This document shows positions 10,266 through 19,805 of a stretch of 64,000 bases of DNA, piece by piece. How positions within the stretch are numbered: the first letter of the stretch is position 1; each line of letters begins with the position of its first letter. The stretch spans positions 5,405 through 69,404 of the forward strand of contig JAGLWB010000041.1 of the NCBI GenBank assembly GCA_023133655.1, read 5' to 3'. The notes beneath the pieces were generated by a model that did not search any database, was not told where the DNA came from, and saw nothing but the letters and a program-made list of their open reading frames with translations. The stretch is from Bacteroidales bacterium. GTDB taxonomy: Bacteria; Bacteroidota; Bacteroidia; Bacteroidales; JAGONC01. The position numbers and the translations under genes are program-made.

Positions 10266-10273
10266 TAACTTTG
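10266..10273 (+). promoter_or_regulatory. Putative -7 box (TAACTTTG) for the PagL-like operon
   Basis: TAnnTTTG match 24 nt upstream of the ATG at 10297. Confidence 0.3.
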
Positions 10274-10296
10274 TTATTGCAATATCCATTGTCAGT

Positions 10297-11496
10297 ATGA
10301 GAAAAATAAAGATACCATCTGGTAGGCTATCCACCCAGGTAATACTCTTCCTGATGGTTTTATTTTTGCTATCTGAAGGAAAATCAACACTGGCAGAAAC
10401 ATACAAATATAAAAAACATCACTCTCCTTATAAACATAAACTCTATCGCTCTAATCTACTTATCGAAGGAAAAATCAGTTATGGTTTTATCGCAGCTCAC
10501 CATATAGGAATGGAAATTTATAATAGCCATCTTCCTTCCATCGAGTTCAGTTTAATAAAAGAAACATATGGTCAAAATTTTTGGGAACAAATGTTTAATT
10601 ATCCAAGTATCGGAGTCACTCTCTGGCATTCTGGTTTGGGATCATCGTCAATCCTGGGAACAGCCACCACTCTCTTTCCGCATATTAACTTTCCTTTAAT
10701 ACAAACCCAAAACACTACATTTAGTTTCAGGTTGGGAGCCGGCATCGGTTATTTATCCAAAACATTTCATCGACTGGAAAACTATAAACACCTTGCAATT
10801 GGCTCACACTTGAACTTTGCCGGAAACCTCACGCTTGAACTCAAATTCAAAGCCGGTAACTACTGGGTCGTTTCAACCTCTGCCGTCCTGCAACACTTCA
10901 GTAATGGCGCTTTTAAGCTTCCCAATTATGGATTGAACATACCTGGTATTGCCTTGGGAGCTGCTTATCGTCTTGACAAAAAAAATACACCAATTGAAAG
11001 AAGGCTCTATTCCCCAACCAAACCTTTCGACTTCAATGTTCATCGTATGATAGAGTTTAATGTAGGAGGTATGATCGGATTCAAAAATATGGCTGCTATC
11101 TTTGGAGATCGTTATTATGTATATTCTATATTTGGAAATGCCTTTAAACGAGTTAGTTACAAAAGTAAGTTCGGTATCGGATTTGATGTTTCATACGATG
11201 GTTCGGATGCCCTGATTCTTGATAGAGATAATATTCAATTCGACAAAAAAACCCAATTAATAAAATCAGGATTTAACCTGGCGTATGAATTGACAATGGG
11301 ACGTCTCTCTTTTGATTTCAACTACGGGTTCTATCTGGGCGGATTGGATAGAAGCGATGGGACAGTGTACCATAAAGTATCATTGCGTTACGATGTCACA
11401 AATAATATCTTTGCAAATATTACACTGAAAACCCATTGGGGGAGTGCTGATTTTATAGGATGGGGACTTGGGTATCAAATTAAAACAAATTATTAA
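10297..11496 (+). CDS. Acyloxyacyl hydrolase / PagL-like lipid A deacylase family outer-membrane protein
   Basis: Signal peptide and a beta-strand-rich sequence. 'LQHFSNGAF' matches the catalytic H-x-S-N-G motif of PagL-type deacylases. At 399 aa it is much longer than classical PagL. Confidence 0.6.
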   Translation: MRKIKIPSGRLSTQVILFLMVLFLLSEGKSTLAETYKYKKHHSPYKHKLYRSNLLIEGKISYGFIAAHHIGMEIYNSHLPSIEFSLIKETYGQNFWEQMFNYPSIGVTLWHSGLGSSSILGTATTLFPHINFPLIQTQNTTFSFRLGAGIGYLSKTFHRLENYKHLAIGSHLNFAGNLTLELKFKAGNYWVVSTSAVLQHFSNGAFKLPNYGLNIPGIALGAAYRLDKKNTPIERRLYSPTKPFDFNVHRMIEFNVGGMIGFKNMAAIFGDRYYVYSIFGNAFKRVSYKSKFGIGFDVSYDGSDALILDRDNIQFDKKTQLIKSGFNLAYELTMGRLSFDFNYGFYLGGLDRSDGTVYHKVSLRYDVTNNIFANITLKTHWGSADFIGWGLGYQIKTNY

Positions 11497-11513
11497 CCTG
11501 CATTTCTTTTTGA

Positions 11514-12248
11514 ATGAAAAAATTATTGTTTTTCCTTCTGTGTAGCATAACGCTCACCTCATGTGAAAAATTAGATGTGGGTGATTGTTTCATGGGGGCA
11601 GGAAATACTATCATAGTCACCCGAGATTTGGACGATTTTAACCACATCTCTCTTAACGACAATATTAATCTAATTATAACCCAGGATACCCGCTGCGGTG
11701 TTAAAATTGAAGCAGGCGAAAACCTTATCCCATCAATTATCACCGAAGTGTCTGACCACCGGTTAATTATTCGTAATAACAATATATGTAATTGGGTTCG
11801 TAGTTATAACAAAGAAATTGATGTCTATGTCTCCGTTGAAGAATTAATCAGTATAGAATATATCTCATCCGGAAATGTATTGAGCACCAACACCATTGTC
11901 ACTGACTCATTGAGTGTTGCTGTCTGGGACGGATCAGGGATCATAGATCTTGACATCGAAACCAGAATATCAGCACTGAGCCTGCATTATGGAGCAGTCA
12001 ATTTCATTGTACGTGGTAAATCGAATGTAAATTTTATTTATGCGGCCAGTTATGGCCCTTTCTTTTGTGAAAACCTGGAAACAGCATTCACTTTTATGAA
12101 CAACAGAGGCTCCAATGATTGTTATGTATACTGTACCAAACATCTTGGAGTTGATATTGAGTACACAGGGAATATTTATTATAAAGGCAATCCCGAAACT
12201 GTTTCTGCCAATATTACAGGAACAGGGCAGCTGATAGAATTAGAATAG
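11514..12248 (+). CDS. DUF2807 (head GIN domain) lipoprotein
   Basis: Lipoprotein signal 'LLCSITLTSC'. Repetitive beta-solenoid-like pattern ('ISLNDNINLIITQDTRCGVKIEAGENLIPSI...HRLIIRNNN') typical of DUF2807 proteins. Confidence 0.6.
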   Translation: MKKLLFFLLCSITLTSCEKLDVGDCFMGAGNTIIVTRDLDDFNHISLNDNINLIITQDTRCGVKIEAGENLIPSIITEVSDHRLIIRNNNICNWVRSYNKEIDVYVSVEELISIEYISSGNVLSTNTIVTDSLSVAVWDGSGIIDLDIETRISALSLHYGAVNFIVRGKSNVNFIYAASYGPFFCENLETAFTFMNNRGSNDCYVYCTKHLGVDIEYTGNIYYKGNPETVSANITGTGQLIELE

Positions 12249-12305
12249 CTTTTGTTAACACCCCTCTAAACAATTCATCAAGCAATGGCAATTAACTAAT
12301 AATAA

Positions 12306-13628
12306 ATGATTCCGAACATAAATAAAATAGCCCAAAGAGTAATCATTCCTGTTATTGTCTTGATCTTGCTGATGGTCTCTTCAAATATTAATTTGAAAAA
12401 GGACTATTCAACAGGTATCATTGAAGCTGATGGAAAAGGGTATTACGCTTACTTACCAGCCATGTTCATCTACCACGATCTGAATTTTGGATTTTTTGAT
12501 ACGATCGAAAAGGAGAAATATTACAATGAAAATTTGCAATATGATTACCGAAGTTATTTTCGCGGAAAATATATTAATAAATATTTTCCCGGAACGGCTC
12601 TTGCAATGGCACCTTTTTTCGCAATCGGCCATCTCGTTAGTGTTTTTCTTGGTTATCCCCTTGATGGTTACTCCAAATACTATACGTTATTTATTAATCT
12701 TGCATCAATTTTTTACCTAACCCTAGCTTGCCTGTTTTTATTAAAACTCTTAAGAAAATACAATATTCGAGGCATCTATATTTTTTTGGTCCTGTTTTCC
12801 ATTGTTTTTGGCACGAATGTTTTTTACTATTCAGTTATTGAATTCTCTATGTCGCATATTTATTCCTTCGCATTTATAAATATGTTCATCTACTATACAA
12901 AAAAATATTTCAACCACTATGAAGTTAAATTACTCCCAATTATTGGATTAATACTTGGCATGGTGATACTTATCAGGCCTGTAAACATACTTATTATAGC
13001 TATGGTTCCTTTTCTTGCAGGAAGTTTTTTAAGATTAATTAATGGCATGAAGGTTATTGTAAAAAATATTCCGGTCTTGATTATCTCTTTTTTACTTTTC
13101 ATGATAATCCTTTCTGTACAACTTGCCATATATAAAATCCAAACAGGACATTTCTGGATCTATTCATATGGAGAAGAAGGATTTAATTTCTTTTCTCCCC
13201 AAATCATTAACTTTCTTTTTAGTTACAAAAAGGGACTTTTTCTATATACACCGTTATTAGTCATTTCCCTTGCCGGGGGGTACTATTTATTTAAAAAAAG
13301 CAGATACACTTTTTTTACACTATTTGGAGGACTATTTCTCATAACATATGTGTTTTCCTCCTGGTGGATGTGGTATTATGGCGGAAGTTTTTCATCCAGG
13401 GTTCTCATTGAATATTTTGCATTTTTTGCCATTCTATTGGGTATCGCCCTCCATAACCTTAAACTTCGCTGGGTTAGGAGAACATACATTGTAATCATGG
13501 TTGTCCTGACTATTGGTTGCCAAATCCAAACCTATCAATACAGATATAATATTATCCACTGGTCGGATATGACAAAGGAGAAATACTGGGAAGTATTTAT
13601 GCGGGTGGATCTATTATTAAAGAAATAA
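12306..13628 (+). CDS. Polytopic membrane protein, GT-C-fold (PMT/ArnT-like) glycosyltransferase candidate
   Basis: More than 10 predicted TM helices. Acidic/aromatic first-loop motif 'IIEADGKGYYAYLP' at the position where GT-C enzymes carry their catalytic Asp. No soluble domains. Confidence 0.45.
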   Translation: MIPNINKIAQRVIIPVIVLILLMVSSNINLKKDYSTGIIEADGKGYYAYLPAMFIYHDLNFGFFDTIEKEKYYNENLQYDYRSYFRGKYINKYFPGTALAMAPFFAIGHLVSVFLGYPLDGYSKYYTLFINLASIFYLTLACLFLLKLLRKYNIRGIYIFLVLFSIVFGTNVFYYSVIEFSMSHIYSFAFINMFIYYTKKYFNHYEVKLLPIIGLILGMVILIRPVNILIIAMVPFLAGSFLRLINGMKVIVKNIPVLIISFLLFMIILSVQLAIYKIQTGHFWIYSYGEEGFNFFSPQIINFLFSYKKGLFLYTPLLVISLAGGYYLFKKSRYTFFTLFGGLFLITYVFSSWWMWYYGGSFSSRVLIEYFAFFAILLGIALHNLKLRWVRRTYIVIMVVLTIGCQIQTYQYRYNIIHWSDMTKEKYWEVFMRVDLLLKK

Positions 13629-13671
13629 ATCGTTGAATTAGTTTAATAGTCGGAACCTCAAAACAGAAGCA

Positions 13672-15276
13672 ATGAAAAAATACGGTAAAATACTTCTGAT
13701 TTTACTCCCCTTTTTTTATTTAATCCTTGGATTCTATTTTAACCAGGTAATTAATATGTTTTCTGTAAGGAATGTTGATCCCGAGTATGTTTATTTAACA
13801 AACGGACTTTATATGTCTCTTGGGCATTTAAATGTTCACCACATCGACAATCCAGGTACTCCTTTACAAATGCTGGTCGCGGTAGTTTGCAGAATTGTAT
13901 ACGCTTTCAGATCACATGAAATACCTTATATTGAAGATGTTTTAATGAATTCTGATCTTTATTTAAATATGATCAACCACGTGGTTATAAGTATAACGGC
14001 TGTTGTGCTTTTCCTGGCTGGGTTAATTGTGACTCGGTTAACCAACTTTCTTCCTTATGGATTATTAGTTCAGGCAACTCCGTTTTATTCACAAATTACA
14101 TACGATATTATTGGACGCTTAACCCCTGAATTGTTAATACCAATTCCTGTTTTGTTACTTACAATTATGATATTGAAAGTTGTCGGGTCAAATGAAAAAA
14201 AATTCAGTTTTAGAACTTTACTGTTTTTTAGTATGATCTCAGGGTTTGGGTTATCAATTAAACTTACATTTTTGCCGTTACTGATTATCCCGGTGTTGGT
14301 TATCCCGGGTTATAAAGATAAAGGCAAGTTTTTGCTTCTATCAATAATTAGTTTATTCGTATTTGCAATACCCATTCTTTTTGATCTGGTTTTCTTTACA
14401 ACATGGATGAAAGATCTGTTTATTCATTCTGGCCATTACGGTGGTGGTGAAGGGAATTTCATTGTTTGGGAGCAATTCTTTCATAATTTAAGATTATTTC
14501 TCATTTCACATCGTTTCTTGGTAATAAATTGGGTAATCAGTTTAACCCTGTTATTTGTATATTTAGTTATTAAGAGAAAAGATTTAAATAAACGATTATT
14601 ATACGGACTGGCAGGGGTTTTAATTGTAATGTTGAGTCAGATAATCATAGTTTCAAAACATTATGAATACAGGTATTTAATTCCTGGACTTTGTCTTTTC
14701 CCAGTTATGATCATTTTGTCATTTGAAATGCTGAAGAGGTTAATCCATTTTAATAAAATTAAGTCAGTTATTGGATTACTTATTGTTGCTGGATTTATTG
14801 GGGGTTTTCAAAAACAGATGCATTCAATTCGAATTCGCTCAAATCATATTTCAAATGAAATGAAAAGCAAAATGGTTACAAAACATTTTGTGGAAACACT
14901 TGAAGAAGATGCGATTAAACTCATTACCCCCTCGGGTTATGGTTGTCCTTTTCACGATTTTTCCATAATGATAAGTCATTGCTGGGCTGGCAGGGCGAAT
15001 GAAATATTTTTGCCTGTTTATAAAAAACTATACCCTGATACGTATCACTATTTTACATGGGAAATGCGTAAGAAATACTGGGAAGAATACCATACCTCAA
15101 AAATTACTGATACCGATAAACCTGTCTATTTTTATATCGCTAACTATTCACCCGAATTAGTTAATACATCCCTATCAGCAATGCTACCCGGACAAAATCT
15201 TGATGATATAAAAAAAGAGTTGATCTTTGAAAATACGAACACGAATGAAAAGATATTTAAACTAAAATTTCGTTAA
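13672..15276 (+). CDS. Polytopic membrane protein with C-terminal soluble domain, GT-C-fold (PMT/ArnT-like) glycosyltransferase candidate
   Basis: About 11 TM helices. First-loop 'VDPEYVYLTNG...HIDNPGTP' resembles the DE-type loop of the PMT_2/ArnT families. The C-terminal ~140 aa are non-membrane. Confidence 0.45.
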   Translation: MKKYGKILLILLPFFYLILGFYFNQVINMFSVRNVDPEYVYLTNGLYMSLGHLNVHHIDNPGTPLQMLVAVVCRIVYAFRSHEIPYIEDVLMNSDLYLNMINHVVISITAVVLFLAGLIVTRLTNFLPYGLLVQATPFYSQITYDIIGRLTPELLIPIPVLLLTIMILKVVGSNEKKFSFRTLLFFSMISGFGLSIKLTFLPLLIIPVLVIPGYKDKGKFLLLSIISLFVFAIPILFDLVFFTTWMKDLFIHSGHYGGGEGNFIVWEQFFHNLRLFLISHRFLVINWVISLTLLFVYLVIKRKDLNKRLLYGLAGVLIVMLSQIIIVSKHYEYRYLIPGLCLFPVMIILSFEMLKRLIHFNKIKSVIGLLIVAGFIGGFQKQMHSIRIRSNHISNEMKSKMVTKHFVETLEEDAIKLITPSGYGCPFHDFSIMISHCWAGRANEIFLPVYKKLYPDTYHYFTWEMRKKYWEEYHTSKITDTDKPVYFYIANYSPELVNTSLSAMLPGQNLDDIKKELIFENTNTNEKIFKLKFR

Positions 15277-15290
15277 TCGAATTTCGTTTT

Positions 15291-16766
15291 TCAATAAGCT
15301 TTTGCAAAAACAACCCGTTGGTTGGATGGTTTCCCCGAATAAATACACTTTCCTTCTTCGGGATTATGAGTAAATGGGATCGTACGAATTGTTGCTTTTG
15401 TTTCTTCCTTAATAGCCAGCTCTGTTTCAACGGTTCCATCCCAGTAGGCTAATACAAATCCGCCTTTATGTTCAATAACATCCTTGAATTCTTCCCAGGA
15501 ATCAACAGAAAAGGTATTATTGTCACGAAACGATAAAGCTTTCTGGAATATATTCTCCTGAATTTGAAGAAGTAAATGTTCAACCTTATTTTCAATATCA
15601 GTCATCTGAAGAACCTCTTTTTCAAGAGTATCCCTTCTTGCAACTTCAATGGTACCATTTTCCAGGTCCCGTGGGCCAATGGCCAACCGGATAGGAACAC
15701 CTGTAAATTCATACTCACTAAACTTCCATCCGGGTTTATAGGTATCCCGGTCATCATACTTCACACTGATACCCTTTTTAGTCAAAGCATCCTTGATATT
15801 ATTGGCATGTACAGAAATCTGTGCTAATTGATCTTTTTTTCTATAAATCGGAACAATAACTACCTGAATTGGTGCGAGTTTTGGTGGCAACACTAATCCA
15901 CGATCATCAGAGTGTGCCATAACCAATGCACCCATTAACCGGGTTGACACACCCCATGATGTTGCCCAAACATAATCCAGTTTATTCTCTTTGCTGAGAA
16001 ACTTCACATCAAATACCTTGGCAAAATTTTGTCCCAGAAAATGAGATGTTCCAGCCTGTAATGCCTTCCCATCCTGCATTAAAGCTTCAATGCAGTATGT
16101 ATCAATTGCCCCAGCAAATCGCTCATTAGACGATTTTTTTCCTGTTAATACCGGTAGCGCCATCCACTTCTCCGCAAAATCGGTATAAACTTTAAGAATT
16201 GTAAAGGCCTCCTCAACAGCTTCTTCCTTAGTAGCATGGGCAGTATGCCCTTCCTGCCATAGAAACTCAGTTGTTCTTAAAAATAATCTGGTTCTCATCT
16301 CCCATCGAACAACATTAGCCCATTGATTAATTAATAAAGGCAAATCACGATATGATTGTATCCAGTTCTTATACGTATCCCAAATAATGGTTTCCGATGT
16401 CGGGCGAATAATTAATTCCTCCTCTAAACGTGCAGTTTCATCAACAACAACCCCACTGCCGTCTTCTGCATTTTTCAATCGATAGTGGGTAACAACAGCA
16501 CATTCTTTTGCAAAACCCTCAACATGAGCTGCCTCTTTGCTAAAAAATGATTTGGGTATAAAAAGAGGGAAATAGGCATTCGAGTGACCTGTATCCTTAA
16601 ACATTTTATCAAGTGCTGCCTGCATCTTCTCCCAGATAGCATATCCGTAAGGTTTAATAACCATGCACCCCCTAACTGCAGAATTTTCTGCAAGGCCAGC
16701 CCGGATTACAAGATCATTGTACCATTGAGAATAATTCTCTTCTCTTGTTGAAAAATCTTTAGCCAT
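15291..16766 (-). CDS. proS: Proline--tRNA ligase (archaeal/eukaryote-like type)
   Basis: Characteristic N-terminus '[42 protein letters not shown]', class II aaRS core and C-terminal ProRS-C1 domain. 491 aa. Confidence 0.95.
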   Translation of the reverse strand: MAKDFSTREENYSQWYNDLVIRAGLAENSAVRGCMVIKPYGYAIWEKMQAALDKMFKDTGHSNAYFPLFIPKSFFSKEAAHVEGFAKECAVVTHYRLKNAEDGSGVVVDETARLEEELIIRPTSETIIWDTYKNWIQSYRDLPLLINQWANVVRWEMRTRLFLRTTEFLWQEGHTAHATKEEAVEEAFTILKVYTDFAEKWMALPVLTGKKSSNERFAGAIDTYCIEALMQDGKALQAGTSHFLGQNFAKVFDVKFLSKENKLDYVWATSWGVSTRLMGALVMAHSDDRGLVLPPKLAPIQVVIVPIYRKKDQLAQISVHANNIKDALTKKGISVKYDDRDTYKPGWKFSEYEFTGVPIRLAIGPRDLENGTIEVARRDTLEKEVLQMTDIENKVEHLLLQIQENIFQKALSFRDNNTFSVDSWEEFKDVIEHKGGFVLAYWDGTVETELAIKEETKATIRTIPFTHNPEEGKCIYSGKPSNQRVVFAKAY

Positions 16767-16829
16767 TTTAAATTATGGTATAATATTTGCTTATTAAATA
16801 AATGATGAAACTCACTAAAATAATGATGG

Positions 16830-16837
16830 CAAAAGTA
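16830..16837 (-). promoter_or_regulatory. Putative -7 box (TACTTTTG on minus strand) for proS
   Basis: CAAAAGTA on the plus strand, 64 nt upstream of the proS ATG. Confidence 0.3.
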
Positions 16838-16891
16838 ATGAATTTATAACGAGCATTGAAAACAACACAAAAATATATGGAGGATAAAATC

Positions 16892-18256
16892 ATGAAAACT
16901 AAACTTTTTCTTTTTGCAGCAATTTGCATTCTCTTTTCTGCCTGTTCAACAAATTATTATTCTACAGCGCCTCCGGTTACCTATGACGATGTTTATTATA
17001 CAGCAAAAAAGATACCTGTTGAAACACAAGAGGCTTTTCAAACTTATGATTCCCTGGAAAGTGATGCAGAAATGTATTACCCGGAAGGTGAATATATAAG
17101 TGAAGAGGTCCTCCTTGATGAATATGTACCGGTTGACTCAGAAGAGGAATATTATATTGATGAGTATGGGAATGTATACTACCCCGAAGAATATGAATAT
17201 ACAGCCAGGATAAGAAGGTTCAGCAGCCCAACATATTACAGTAACTACTATTCCGACTATTATGCTAACCCTTATTATTACGACCCATGGTATTATCGTC
17301 CAGGATTGTCCTTTGGTTTTGGATTTAACTGGGGCTGGGGATCCATGGGATATGGTTGGGGTTATCCATCATATGGTTGGGGCTATCCATCATATGGTTG
17401 GGGCTACCCATCGTGTGGTTGGGGTTACCCATATTACTCTGGTAGTTATTGGGCAGGTTATTGGGATGGATATTATGATGGCTATTATTGGGGTGGCGAA
17501 AGTGGGTATTATGGCTCTTCATCTTACCATTATGGCCATAGAACATCACGAGGTAGCACAAACAGTACTAACAATGGCGGCAGAAGTTTAATTGGTTCTG
17601 TTCCAGGAGCAGGTGAATCATCAACTGCTCTTCGAAGATCAGTTGAAACATCCCCTATTAATAGATCGATAAGTAAATCATCACCCCGTGTTGCTCCTAT
17701 TGCATTAAATGAGCCTGCTTCAAGATCTGTTCCAAATCAACAAGAAAAAACCGCAAGAACACAAACACAAAGTAGCAAGACTGTTCAAAAACAAACTCCA
17801 ACATCAAGAACCCAGGTACCTGTGGTGAAAAAGCAAAATACAACAACCCAAACCAAATCACAACAAAACTACAACAAGCCAAAAAGCTATAGTTCATCTA
17901 AGTACACGAAAGCAAAATCCAGCCAGGAGTATACCAGGCCAAGAACAAATACGGTTACTAAATACACAAAACCTAAAACTTCTTATGCGCAACCTAAAAA
18001 GAAAACCACTGTTAACTCAAATGCAATGAGAAAAAGCAGCTCAAATACGAGAAGATATAATCAACCATCAAAGTCACAAAATAATACCAGGAGCTATTCT
18101 ACACCAACTCGCTCAAGCAGTAATAGTTATTCAGCTCCATCAAAATCATCAAGCAGGAGCTCGTATTCACCTTCGAGATCAAGCAGTAGTAGTTCGCGAA
18201 GTGTTTCGTCTCCTTCACGATCCACCTCTTCTGGCGGAGGGTCAAAGCGGCGATAA
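16892..18256 (+). CDS. Exported low-complexity lipoprotein of unknown function (Tyr/Glu-rich, GWGYPSY repeats, basic S/T/K/R tail)
   Basis: ATG at 16892 gives the lipoprotein signal 'MKTKLFLFAAICILFSAC' (track start 16856 is a TTG extension). The long ORF stays open through strongly biased sequence. No domain recognised. Confidence 0.7.
   Translation: MKTKLFLFAAICILFSACSTNYYSTAPPVTYDDVYYTAKKIPVETQEAFQTYDSLESDAEMYYPEGEYISEEVLLDEYVPVDSEEEYYIDEYGNVYYPEEYEYTARIRRFSSPTYYSNYYSDYYANPYYYDPWYYRPGLSFGFGFNWGWGSMGYGWGYPSYGWGYPSYGWGYPSCGWGYPYYSGSYWAGYWDGYYDGYYWGGESGYYGSSSYHYGHRTSRGSTNSTNNGGRSLIGSVPGAGESSTALRRSVETSPINRSISKSSPRVAPIALNEPASRSVPNQQEKTARTQTQSSKTVQKQTPTSRTQVPVVKKQNTTTQTKSQQNYNKPKSYSSSKYTKAKSSQEYTRPRTNTVTKYTKPKTSYAQPKKKTTVNSNAMRKSSSNTRRYNQPSKSQNNTRSYSTPTRSSSNSYSAPSKSSSRSSYSPSRSSSSSSRSVSSPSRSTSSGGGSKRR
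17354..17437 (+). repeat. 4 x 21-nt in-frame tandem repeat (GGTTGGGGYTAYCCATCRTDT) encoding GWGYPS(Y/C)
   Basis: Units at 17354-17374, 17375-17395, 17396-17416 and 17417-17437, differing at a few mostly third-codon positions. Confidence 0.9.
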
Positions 18257-18316
18257 GCAGCTAAACAAAAAACAGTAAATTAATTATTCTCTTTTTTCAT
18301 TAAACATGATAGAAAA

Positions 18317-19789
18317 ATGAAAAATACAGCAATCATTATATCCATTTTTATCCTATCCAGCTTCCTGGTTCACGGACAGAATGAGGTAGATGCACTCAGA
18401 TATTCACAATTATCCACTGGAGGAACAGCCCGGTTCATGGGCATAGCAGGTGCTTTCAGCGCTGTTGGAGCAGATATTTCAACAATAAGTACCAACCCGG
18501 CCGGATTGGGATTATTTAAAAGTTCGGAATTCACATTTACACCGGCCTACTATCGTGCAGTAACCGACTCATATTATTATAATGGGTTTTCCTCTGATTA
18601 TAAAGGAAATTTTAATATATCCAATGCGGGATTTGTTTACACCATGGATGTTGCAAAAAGCTCTAATGGCAAAGGGTTTCAAAATGTTCAACTCGGATTT
18701 GCAATGGTGCGTAATAATAACTTTCACAAAAGGGTCATTATCAGTGGTACAAACCCTGACAACTCTTTGCTTGATGCTTATGTTGAATATGCTGACGGGA
18801 TAAAACCCGAAAACCTAAATCCCTTTGATACTCAATTAGCCTATGAAACATATTTGATCGATCCTATTCAAAACACACTATTTTATAGTAACAGAGCACC
18901 TCTTTATGAAGACGGCAGTATAGCTCCGGTCGACCAACGGATAACAATCCTTTCCGAAGGATATATGAATGAAATGGGATTTTCTGTAGCAGCAAATTAT
19001 GCTGACGTGATCTATTTTGGCGGAACAATTGGTATTCCGGTCATCAGGTATTATGAAGAATCCATCTATAAAGAAAACAATACAGTATCATCTGACACCA
19101 TCTATTTTAATAGTTTCAGGAAGTTTGACTATCTGGAAACCAGGGGTTCAGGTTTCAATCTTAAATTTGGGTTAATCGTTAGGGCAACAGATTGGATGCG
19201 ATTGGGAGGTGCGATCCATACTCCCTCCTACTTTGGAAACCTCAGAGATAATTACAGCTCAACTATCTCCTCGTCACTAAATAATGGAGATAGTTATTCC
19301 TGGTCATCACCCAAGGGTGGATTTAATTATAGCCTTGAAACACCCATGCGGGCTATTGGAGCTATTTCATTCATTATAAAACAATCAGGGTTGGTCAGTG
19401 CCGAATATGAATATGTTGATTACTCAAGTGCAAAACTTAGAAGTCATGGATATGATTTCATCAATGAGAATCAAGCCATTAAAACCAATTACACCTCAGC
19501 CTCCAATATTAAAATCGGAACAGAATGGCGTTTTGGGTACTTTAGCTTACGAGGAGGTTACGCTGTTTATGGGAGTCCATATAAAGGTAATATCAATGAC
19601 GGCATGAAAAGTATTATTTCCGGGGGCATTGGTTACAGGCAACAGTATTTCTATATTGACTTTGCCTATAACTATTCTTTCTCCAAGGAAGATTACTATA
19701 TGTATGAATCAGAAAATGTATCGGTTGATCCTGCACTTATTGAAACCTACACCCATAACTTTCTGCTAACGCTGGGATTTAAGTACTAA
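18317..19789 (+). CDS. FadL/PorV-superfamily outer membrane beta-barrel protein
   Basis: Signal peptide. N-terminal 'GGTARFMGIAGAFSAVGADISTISTNPAGLG' matches the FadL/OMPP1-type plug consensus. Alternating beta-strand pattern. C-terminal 'LLTLGFKY' aromatic OMP terminus. Confidence 0.7.
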   Translation: MKNTAIIISIFILSSFLVHGQNEVDALRYSQLSTGGTARFMGIAGAFSAVGADISTISTNPAGLGLFKSSEFTFTPAYYRAVTDSYYYNGFSSDYKGNFNISNAGFVYTMDVAKSSNGKGFQNVQLGFAMVRNNNFHKRVIISGTNPDNSLLDAYVEYADGIKPENLNPFDTQLAYETYLIDPIQNTLFYSNRAPLYEDGSIAPVDQRITILSEGYMNEMGFSVAANYADVIYFGGTIGIPVIRYYEESIYKENNTVSSDTIYFNSFRKFDYLETRGSGFNLKFGLIVRATDWMRLGGAIHTPSYFGNLRDNYSSTISSSLNNGDSYSWSSPKGGFNYSLETPMRAIGAISFIIKQSGLVSAEYEYVDYSSAKLRSHGYDFINENQAIKTNYTSASNIKIGTEWRFGYFSLRGGYAVYGSPYKGNINDGMKSIISGGIGYRQQYFYIDFAYNYSFSKEDYYMYESENVSVDPALIETYTHNFLLTLGFKY

Positions 19790-19805
19790 ACCACAAAAAA
19801 TATGT

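Noticed and set aside
17262-17591. ORFs in the other frame and strand across the GWGYPSY repeat ('HHMVGAIHHMVGA', 'NPNHMMDSPNHMMDNPNH').
   Set aside because: These are repeat-generated echoes of the 21-nt tandem repeat. Only the GWGYPSY frame is continuous with a signal peptide and a 454-codon ORF.
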